From Ylistrum balloti (lineage: Eukaryota): a stretch of 64,000 nucleotides of DNA. Location of the stretch: the NCBI RefSeq assembly GCF_031769215.1, contig NW_026782059.1, positions 372,001 through 436,000 of the forward strand. The letters are read 5' to 3'. Under the pieces are notes generated by a model. The model searched no databases, was not told where the DNA came from, and saw only the letters and a program-made list of their open reading frames with translations. Positions 49,201 to 61,200 of this stretch are shown here, piece by piece. How positions within the stretch are numbered: position 1 is the first letter of the stretch; every line of letters starts with the position of its first letter. The position numbers and the translations under genes were made by a program.

Positions 49201-52200
49201 GTGATGTGGAATGAGACGTATCAAAATGGCATTTATTGCCACATAAATGCACTTACAAAGGTAGTGTTTATATATAGGGAATAACAAAGAAATATCTTAC
49301 AGAAATGATAATTCCATTTTCAAAAGTTTTCCGTAGCAGTGAAATGTTTTGGCAGAAATGATAATTCATTCTCTAAAGTTTTCTATAACAGTAAAAAATA
49401 TTTAACAAGAAAGATAATCCCATCCTCCAAAATTTTCCTTAACAGTGAAAATATTTTTACAGAAATGATAATCCCATCTGCCAAATGTTTCCTAACTTAC
49501 TGAGCAGGAAGTAACAAGGTGTAATAAAAAGCATTCACAACACATTCATTAATAGTTAGAGAGTATTAACTTGACATGAAACGTCAACTGTTAGTGAGTC
49601 AAAAGGTAAGACAGGGTCTGATTCTGGTTAATACTGTTATACATATATGGTCATTCACATGCAGATGACAAGACACTAGGCCCAAATATGGCAGGCAATA
49701 TAGCTATTTACCTGAGGCCTTATCTACGAGAAATAAAATCATCCAAAAATATCAATTAATTACTGATCAAATAATTTTAAAATACAATCTGTGGTTAAGT
49801 TTCATTTAAATTTTTTCATTTTAATTCCATCATAAATGCTTTTTTGGTGTTAGTGATTTCTGACAAGAAAAAGAGAAATAAAGAGACTTTGTTTAGTATG
49901 GATATCATTTCCAGCAAGACACCCTTATGATCATGCATTTTTATGTTTAGATTATATCTCGAGAGATGTTTACATATCGAGGTCAAACAGAATATCATAC
50001 GATGATATTGAATATTGAACTGTTGAGTACTTGTACATATAATTCAGACTTTAGGGATAAGGGTAAAGCATGCTATGTTGAGTACTTATATACTAAATAC
50101 TAATGTAAAAAATCTTCTGTAACACTGACGTTTGTTCTGTCAACTCTTAATATCATACAATGCCACAGAGTTGGTGAATGTTTTGAGAACTTGGAGAAAA
50201 AAGTGTTGGTGTAAGTTTACTATGAACAAATATGAGCCTTAGTTTTTGATATCCCATATGTAAGTCAAACAGAATACCAAGACATTCCACAGTCACAGTG
50301 ATTTTCAATTAGCAAAGGGCAATAACTCTGTAAATCAGACCTTATTTTTATATATATATATACAGCACTCTGGCCACTTAAGAAGGACCAGCAAGCAACA
50401 TTTACTAATCATAAATGGCAACTTAGTTTCACATTGAAGAGTTACACACACACTCACTGATGACAGATGGAAATTGAGAGAGTGGAATCCACAGCTCTCT
50501 CTTGTAGTTCTAGACTAGCACTAATTGTTTCTTAGTGGAAAAATTACATTATTAGATAAATTCTATATAACATTTTTGCCAGTCTTTATCATCATATCAT
50601 CATATAACTTTCATAGTTTCGACCAATCAGAGCAGTGCTTTCCAGTCACTGCATTGAAATGAAGGATGAACAAGTTGATTTTTTATCCAATAATTCCTGT
50701 ATACATTTTGGAATTTCTCTAAATTGTGGTAGTAAGTGGGGAAAAGCCTCAACATTATGGGTCACTTCTTTGTTTCTATGAAACATAAAACACAGAGCAA
50801 ACACATCACCTGCTTTTTTGTTGATTGGGGAAAGCACTGATTACATCTGCAAATGTAAACCTCAACTTACCCGTTAAGTAGCCAGCGATTGGAGTGTCTG
50901 ATATAAAGAGATCGTGTTTCTGGTCCCGATATTCTTTCCAGATGGGTGACTTATCCAAAATCCCTGTTATCTATAAACAGATAATTATAGCATACTATAT
51001 CACACCATATTTTCAAGGCTACAATTAAGTTTATAATCAACAAATCAGTGGATACAACTGAGACAAGGCAAGATCTCACAACAAACTGTAACATCAAAAA
51101 TTCAACAAAGGGCCATAACTCTACCTATTCCTAAATGAACTCTTTTAAAGTTTATTTTTGATTGGATTCTATTTTTTACCACCAGAGATGTTCAACAGAC
51201 AACTAAGTTCCTAACAGTCCTGTGATCTTGGCATTTACATGACCTTGATCTCTGGCATGACCTTGACATATGGTATCGTTATGACCTTACCTGTTCCCCG
51301 TAGATGAGACTACGTTGCATGGCCTTGAGGGCTTTGACAATCTGAGCCTTTGTTGATGATGGATTATCTAGCAGTTCTAGACCAGCGTCCAATAACTTCA
51401 GAAGGAATGGGACAATATCAGCTTTTACAGCCTGTAAATAAATAAATACATATATATCTTAGAAGGAAAGGAACAAAATCAGCTTTTACTGCCTGTAAAT
51501 AAATAAATACATATATATATCTTAGAAGGAATGGGACAAAATCAGCTTTTACAGCCTGTAAATAAATAAATACATATATATATATCTTAGAAGGAATGGG
51601 ACAAAAATCAGCTTTTACAGCCTGTAAATAAATAAATACATATATATATATCTTAGAAGGAATGGGACAAAAATCAGCTTTTACAGCCTGTAAATAAATA
51701 AATACATATATATCTTAGAAGGAATGGGACAATATCAGCTTTTACAGCCTGTAAATAAATAAATATGTTTATCTTGACATCCTGTAAAATAACAATTAAC
51801 AAATAACATTGTCCATTGTAAATGATTTTGGTTGAAAATCAGGACCTATGAAAAGGAGGCTAGACATGAATAAGCTTATAAATAACACTTATTTAGAAGT
51901 TAATAACGTTGCAAATGTTTAACAAAAGCTAAAGCCAAAATAAAAAGCTGAGCTGATAATCAATACTTCAAATTAACTTTTAATTAATCTTTACCTGCGA
52001 GACAAGTTCTTCCTCCCCTTTATCAAACAACTTAGCCAGAGTTTCTGCTGCCAGTGCGATCTGATCACGACGTGCCTTCATAGCTACCTTAATAGGGCCG
52101 ATACATTCCGTCTGAGCCATGCTGCGTATACATATCTACCGGGTAAAAGAGAGACTTTTATCACTAAATAATGCTGTGAAAGATCCATGTAGGTTTCATT

Positions 52201-55200
52201 ATAATATTTTAACATCATTATCAACCTAACAAGAATTCAGCAGTATTCCATGTCTAACTGACCTCACATTGACCTATAAGATGGCTGATATAGTGTACAA
52301 AATCACAAATAGTTCCTTGAATGTAATCTTCCTGAATGAGAAAAAAGTCTGTTTCACAAGTTAAATATAACTTCATTTATTTATAAAATTTCATGTCAAT
52401 ATTTACCAAATATAGATATTTTTGATGTTCTATTCAATATCCATCCCTAATTTCTTTTCCCCACCCCTACCCCCATGCTATAATACTTTCAAAAAACTTA
52501 TCTGAAAGCAATCTATTAATGTTGAGTGTGATGCTGATGCTGACAACAACAAAAAAAAACAAAACTTTTGACTGCCTACACCTTTGCCATGGCAAATCAA
52601 ACCCTGTAGTTCAAAGGGCAAAAACTGACCTCATTGTTGGCTAGTTGGTGTGCCACTTGAATGGCGGCCTTTGGTATGGCGTTGTTGCGGTGAGACATGG
52701 CCTGGAACACCTTTGGGATATAGCCAAGCTGTGGTACCTGGTCTAGCAGTGAGGATTGAGAGGAGAAGAGACACACCACAGCTGTCGTTACAGTCTCTAG
52801 TACCTCGCCCTGGGAAAAACACAAAGGTAATGACAGATTTACAATAAATTAGTCAGTTATTTCACCAGCTGCTTTCAATTTTACAAACAAGACAAGTGAG
52901 ACATAGCACATCCAGCTAAACAAACTACATCAACAACATTAATCAATAAAGGAGGTCCGCGGTGAAACTGTGACATGGATTCTTACTTTGTCAAGAAACT
53001 GAAGGTGACCATATGCTCCTACTCACATCTGATCAGACAAATGAACCCTGACCACCTCGGTGAAATGAGTGTTACCACCATACCACCTGGCCCCTTATCC
53101 ATCAACAGTCTTATATACAACTGGTACAAGCTTTTCTCATACTAAACCTTTGTATAAGGTATGATCAGACTGAATTATGAAATGATGTATCCAGAGAGAT
53201 GACACTAATTTGTTAATCATTTTCTAAAAAACAGTAACTCTGTGTAAGTGATCTTAATAGATTTTTTTTATATTATCTTAATTATCAACAACAATAAATG
53301 ATTTCCAGCTAAATTGTGACCTTAACCAGAGAATTCTGAATTATTAAAACAAACTGTATTCACACATCTGAATTAGTTAAAAGTGTCAACATTAACTTAG
53401 GTCAACAAAAAAGAAGGATGTGTAACACTTTGGCTACATGTAGTGGAAACATGTGCATGTACTTACATCCGGAGCCTGCATGTTGACAAGTTGTGTCCAT
53501 TTCTCCATCAGCTCTGTTAGGAACTCTTTAGGTTTCCGAAGGACCCAGCCAGGATTGGAAATGAATATCCGAAGGAACACACCTCCAACAGTTAACTCCC
53601 CTTCTACATCAGTGTACACGACAGCAAAGTCTTCTCTCAAACTCCATCTGGTGTCAGGGTTGTCCCGCTGTGCCTTGTAATGGCTAGTAAACAAAACAGA
53701 CCGCAATTTTCAAATGGACTGCTCAAACCTGATCATAACTGAATATTTCTTGACAGTTTCTTTAAAAAAAAAACTTTTGCTTGGAAACTTTGTATGGACC
53801 ACACATCTCCAAATAGCACTTATATATTATCTTGTCAACAAACTAGTCAAATCACTCATGATGCCAAGTTGTAAAAGTTAAATAAACCTTTCAGAACAAA
53901 TTTCTCTACTAGAAAACATTTATTGTAACAAATTACCTGTCCTTCAGTTTCCGGACTACATCTGACACTTTCTCTCGTGAATCATCATTCCAAATTAACT
54001 CTGGATTCTCATGTGTACCTAGAAAAAAGGATCAGAATTATTAACACAATGACGTAATAAATAATATGTATCCTGTAAGTTTCAAAGGGGCGGGGCTGAT
54101 ATTGTCTCAAACTCAAAGAAGGAGATGAGATTATTATTAGACAATTACAAACTTCAGATGTGGGTTGGTTTATCACAAGCCACAGGCTTACTGGCAGATC
54201 ACAGTCTTATTACTTTAAACCTACCATCAATGTCATGTATATGTGTATAACTATAGTTCTCAGGGAAAAGATCAAACAAAACAGTATACATAAGACATTA
54301 ATTGCCCTGCTAACTTCAAGTTAGTATCAATGTCTGCAAATTTCTGTATAGAGTTACTAAGTAATTTTTTCCTGAGAACCCAAAAATGCGAAGTCATCCA
54401 ATGTATTGCTGTAAAAAAAAAAACAAGAGATCCCAGAGGGATCTTGGCGCCCACCATTTGAGGATCTGTTGTAAGTTCTTGATGATTTGTTTATTTTTTT
54501 TTGTGTGTTACAGGTGTTGTAAATGTTCATGAACTGGTCTTCATTGAATGTACTCAATGATGGCACATGATATTTTTATTAAGCACCTATTAGCAAATAT
54601 CATTTGAAAAAGATCCCAAAGTATTATTAGATAGCAGTCAGTTACAGGTGGATAATGGACAATATGCTTGTGCTGTATTACTGTCGACATCCAAGATGGC
54701 TGCCTGTGGGCCACCTTGATTTCAAATCAGTCCAAAAAAGGTACAATGCACAACTAGGGACCAAGGGGAACCTGCATATGAAATTTGGAAAGATCCATCC
54801 AGTACTTTCCAAGAAATGTAACAATATTTTACATCCAAAATCCAAGATGGCCACCTGTCAGCCATCTTGTATTCGAATCAGTCCAAAAAAGGTACAGTGC
54901 ACAACTAGGGACCAAGGGGAACCTGCATATGAAATTTGAGAAAGATCCATCCAGTACTTTTCCAGAAATAGCGGTAACAAGAATTGTTTATGGACGGACG
55001 GACGATGGACCACGGACGCAGGGCGATTTGAATAACCCACCATCTATTTGAATAGATGGTGGGCTAAAAAACCCTACAGAAACGAAGTGACTAAGAGTAA
55101 TGACTTGGAGTTAGTTGGTACACAATGAGGTAAAAATTTGAGAATCTATATGCCCCACATCAAACAGCCGCAGAGTAAAAATACAGTAATTTCATGACCA

Positions 55201-58200
55201 CATTAGATGACGAGTCTTACAAGTTTACCTTCAAACATATGCACACTTGCTTCTGGTGAATCTCGCATGGCATCCATGAATATTGGAGGGAGGAACTTGG
55301 CGAGGGTGATCCGAAGTTTTGGTCCTACTAATTTGTCTGACAGCATTTTAGCGATCAACTCTGCGGTCTTTTCTCGCACGTTTGGGTTGGTGGCATTACA
55401 GAACAGGTCCAATAGGTATACTGGTATACCTGTAAGTCATATCATTTTTATCAAATTTTATTCAAGGATTTTAAGGATATATGATACAGCTTTCATTTAC
55501 GCATTTTCATTCGAAAGAGTTCTATGCTAAACATATTCCAAAATATATTCATTTGTTTTACTAAGTTGCTTTGTGATATAATGGAATATACACACATATG
55601 TAAACATGACTTGAACTTTGGTTTAAATATATTTCAGACATAAAAAATTAAGTCAACGTCAGTAGAAAATATATAACAAGAAATCTTCAAGCAACTGAAG
55701 TTTTACTGATAAAATCATTATAACAGGCATACTAGTGTTATTTCATCGCTATCATCAACTTTGCTGATTATATGGTGTGTGAGAGATGTGAGTGGCACAT
55801 GTTGTTAAAAATGTGATTTTTTTTTCTTCAATCAAAGAGAAGTACTGAGTAATGATATCTGTTTTAATAAGTTCTTAACAAATTACATTTGTTTGACAGA
55901 GGAGTTATCATAGCAGCAAACATTTCATACGTTGAACCATTGCTGGAAGTGATTTATTAAATCTCACATATTTAATACTTACCCTTGCCTAGAGCTTCTT
56001 TAACGATCTTTGTACTGGACATTAGAGCAAACAGACTTTCCAGTGTCAGTAGTCGACCTATCATGATAAACAAAAAATGTCTAACATTTACCCTAGCTAT
56101 GTGATCTAAGATTCACCTTAAGCTTTATAAATATCTAGTATTTCATCCACAAAGATGGACACCCATAAACATTTATCATCTCTCCCTCTTCCTTTCTTCC
56201 CTTATCAGGTAAATGTGACATTAATAGGCAGTCATAACCCTTGTGACATTCATTTCAACAATGTAATACACGCTATTTGACATACCAGATGACATTTGAC
56301 CTTACAACTACTCCGACCCTGGACCAGAGCTGTCACAACAACCAAACACAGGAGACTTACATGTGGGTAGACTCTGGATAGCCAGCAGTAGATAGGACAG
56401 TACTTCTGAGGCAGCGATATCATTGACACATTCTTGGTTCGAAGTCACACAGCTGACAACCTATGAAAAATATTTGTTCCACATTGCATTAAATCAACGA
56501 AAAAATGAGTATCAGAGAAACTGATGAATGCTCCCCCAAAATGACTTTATTGGACACAAAATTTCATCAAATGTCAATAATTCTGTAATTAAGAAGTTGC
56601 AGACCCTGAATTTTGTAAACCGTACATCCTCTTCATATGACAAAAGTATATACAAAGTTTCAATAACTCCTAAATTATGCAAAAAAAAATTATGGTTCTT
56701 GTACACTGCACTTCTGTTTATCAAGATCCATCTTATACCTAGTTATCATCAGGAGAAAAGATTTTGATATGTAAAATCAGGGCCCAGTTTAAACTTTGAT
56801 ACCCTATATTTAACAAAATCGATACCTCGTTTTCATCAGGAGAGAAGATAAGTTACTATCTAACATAAAGGTACCTCATTTTCATACTAATGACCCAATA
56901 GTTATTATTCTTACTTACCTCGAGAGCAAACTGTTGAAGTTTGGCACAATCATCAAGTCTTAGGAGACAAAAGAGGAGTTTAAAATGTCCTATACACTGG
57001 ATTTCTACACCTGTACAAACAAGAGAACCAAATATTACATATAATAGCATAACAGAACATATTGTCTGAGAACAATGTGGCTTTCCTCCAGATACCTGAA
57101 TCATTTGTCATAAAAGAAAGAGAAATCAACAATACTTATTTAAAACATATACCAAGAGACTTTTGACATGGTACTTGGATTATTTTTTAATATCATGCCT
57201 TAAGTATTTTTTATGACAAATATTAACTTTCAATGACAATCATTGATCACTTTTTTTTACCATTCCTTTAGTATTCCGGATGTCAAACCTTAAAGGTTTT
57301 TTTAACCTAGATGAACTTTTTCATACTATAGGCCTACCTTAACTTTTGTAATGACAAACTCAAATTTTTAATGTCTTACCTGGATAATTTTTGATGACCC
57401 ACCTGGATTATTTTTAATGTCTTACCTAGATAATTTTTGATGACCTACCTAGATAATTTTTGATGACCTACCTAAATAATTTCTGATGACCTACCTACAT
57501 TATTTTTGATGACCTACCTGGATTATTTTTGATGACGTTACGAAGACCTTCTAATGCCATCTCTACATGTGACAGGCGATCATTCTGTTTGTTCTGACTA
57601 GAGTTTTGGCTCTGTTGTTGGAGCATCATGAGGGAATGTAAGTACTGCAACAGATTCAATACATTAATTATATATATATATAAATACATTAATTATATAT
57701 ATACATAAATACATTAATTATATGTATGGATAAAAATTGTTATTGTATGTATAGATAAATACATTTATTGTACATAAAGATAAATACAGTAATTGTATGT
57801 ATTGATAAACACAGTAATTGTAAGAAACATTATGTTAACATTAAGAAATAAAACATTACAATTTTTTTATTTACCTGTGCTTGGGATCCTAAAAAGTCTA
57901 AAAGGTCGATCGTAAACCCTTTTGGATTCTGAAACCAACAACAAAAGTTTGATAATGAAATAATCATATTTTCAGGGCAAAGTTTTACTTACATTCAAAC
58001 TTAATAAGTTCACTTGGTTTTTTTTTTAGAAAATCAAATTTCTTTACAGATTTTTTTTTTCTTCTTTAACATAGTCAGAATGACAAAAACAGAAAGAATG
58101 CATTGAGATTTAATACCTATATTGTAATAGGGGGAAAAATTACACACAAATGAATCTCAAAATTTCTCTGACAGTGTTAATTAACTCTCCATAGGATTCC

Positions 58201-61200
58201 AATGTTTAACACACTTTATACCATCAGATGAAAGTCACAGCGATGGTAAAGAACAGTTATCTAACTTACATCTAACTGGAAGGTTGGCTGCTCATTGTAG
58301 ATTCGCACAAATATTTCTCCGACAATTAATTCTTTGGCATGGATATCGAAAACGAAAGTAGATCCATAATCTGGATCAATTTCTCCCTGTAAAATAAAAA
58401 CCTCAAACGTGTCACTCTATTAACTAAATATATATATACTGACCTCAAATGTGTCACTCTATTAACTAAATATATATATTGACCTCAAACGTGTCACTCT
58501 ATTAACTAAATATATATATTGACCTCAAACGTGTCACTCTGTTAACTAAATATATATATTGACCTCAAACGTGTCACTCTATTAACTAAATATATATATT
58601 GACCTCAAACGTGTCACTCTGTTAACTAAATATATATATTGACCTCAAACGTATCACTCTGTTAACTAAATATATATATTGACCTCAAACATATCACTCT
58701 ATTAACTAAATATATATATTGACCTCAAATGTATCACTCTATTAACTAAATATATGTATTAATCATTCTTTATTTGCTGACAACTCACTCGAAGTATTCC
58801 CCAAACATTTTTTCCAAACTATTAAAAGACTGGAGTTTCCACTTCAAATATTTTTCAATTACGAATGAGACCTGAATAGTGTTACCTTTAACGATTTGAT
58901 CTTTCAGGAAGATTTGTGTAGAAATAATAAAAAAAAAAAAAAAATTTCATTACTGTTGTGATTAGAATGTAAATAGCACAGTACATACTGTTCTGACAAT
59001 TCTCTGTTGCTGGTCAGTCAGGTATTCGTTCAGCTGAGCTCGTGTAGCATTGTCCCAAATCAGATATGGATTCTCTGTGTTACTGTTCAGGATTTTCAAC
59101 AACTGAAAAATCACCATAATGTTATAATTTTATTGTGTGTTGACTTGTCTGTCCAACCAGCATGTACCTAAGTCACACTGTGCAATGTATCCATCATTCA
59201 AATCAATGTATTATTTACCTGCATATTTCAAAATCCTTTTTTTTTTTTTTTAATTTTTCAGTCAAAATTGTGTTTTGTACTTTGCTTTACAAAATAAAAA
59301 AACATCTAGATATGAAATTAAATCTCAAATCCTCAATATTTCATAATTCATGTAAATTAAGGGAGTAAGACCATTGATTAAATTTCTAATACTTATAAAA
59401 AATTTGAAAGTTATATAACTGACCACTGAAAACAAAGGTAGATTTTTTCTCTTTATCATAGCAAATCAGACACTTATTTTATTGCCTAACTTACATGGGA
59501 TGAAATATTGTAAGACAATGATAAATCTTTACAAAAGTATGAACTGAATATCTCTGTGTTTCCTTTACCAGAGCAAATAAATGTAAATACAGAAACAGGT
59601 TAGACTGAATGAAAACTTACCTCTGACGGATTTTCATTGGCCAGTTTGCGTGCCAAAAATGGCGTCAGCAGAGCAGATAGTGATTTCTTGACAGGGACGT
59701 TTTCTGGCGTTGAGAGATCTGTACTCTCGGGCAGGTATCCGCCGAGACGAGAACAAGCTCGAATACAGAGACGGGCAAGCTGGTTAGCTACCTCCTGTTA
59801 ATCGGTAAGTCATTCATGATGAGTTGGATATCAACAATTGATTTCAGAGCAATGGAAAATATTTGTATAGCATATTGATTCTTTTGATTGTGTAAATTAT
59901 TCAGACCAATTAAACAGGAAGAAATCAAATGTAAGGCCAGAGTAGTTGGTGACAAAATATTTAGTTTGAAGAATGACAGCAAAAGATAAAGTAATGAAAA
60001 AAGTAAAATTGGTGACCTTTGTATGTATATAACGTGGTAATAATACTTTATCTCCTAAAAGTTGGTCTGGTTACTAAAGTTTTACTATCTCATCACATTT
60101 TTTCCATCTTGGGGTTCATAAAATTATACCACATCCTAGTGATGGGAATCGGAACGGAAATTTACAATCGATTATCGGAAGGAGTACTATGAACGATTAA
60201 TCAATCAATCGGAATAGAATCTATCCTCACTACTTTTGGTACAGCTCATTTTGACAACATGCTCTTACGCCATATTTTCATACTTATGTTTAGAAATTAA
60301 AATCTAAAGTTTTCTTGATTTATGAATATACTTTCCTTTTCTAAAAACAAATGAAATCCAAATTTTAATTTACTAGTGTAGATTCACGTCAGTTTTTTTT
60401 ACTATAAATACTGAATGAAAACTACAAAACGTATGCCACATACTGGTTGCTTCTAGTACTGATACACTAGGCCCCATACACTATGTTGGTTTGGTACGTC
60501 CCCGTCCTGGACCGGGAGGTTGTTAACCATTTTTTTTCTCGATTAATCGAGCTTACAAAGACTTAGCTGAGCGCTTGATTTTTGGTTGTAGTCGAGCGAT
60601 TTTCGACTTTTTACTACTATCGGAACTCTACTACCACATCCAAAAAGACTTCTGATTTTATACACTCATACACTGTGTATCTCGGTGTCAATGCGCTGCA
60701 AATGGCCATTTGTCTGATGACGATGACAGTGTAGACATTGAAACATCACTCATGATTTTCTATCAATTTGAGAGATAATATCTATTTAATATATATTACC
60801 AATCTGAAATAGATACCCTAGAACTTACCTGTTGATTGGATTCATCACTCTTCTCTACACCTCCCTCCTCCAGAGTGTAATCATAATTGAACAGGTACAA
60901 TAGGAGATGCCATAAGATGCCTGACTGAAACAGGTTGGTTTGGAGCCAGAAGTCCACAGCAAAGGCACTGATACACTGTGCTATCACAGAACACAGCTGA
61001 GGAAGGTTCTATACACACAAAAAAAAAACACACTCAATATATACATTTAGAAAACTCTTCAAAGCACTGAACAGATTTGATGCAACTAGAAAATATCAAC
61101 AATGTAGGAAAACCTCTGAACTGACTTTCTAAAAGTAGGGTAACATCAAAACAGTTTGATCTCATTGGAACCGACTCAAAACAAAAAACATAATCTTCAA

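Noticed and set aside
4771-58760. Regularly spaced repeats as CRISPR-like arrays
   Set aside because: Units are contiguous with no unique spacers, there are no cas genes, and the context is eukaryotic.
60705-60775. CTGATGA...GAAAC as a hammerhead ribozyme
   Set aside because: No stem I complementarity, and stem III has a mismatch at the conserved base.
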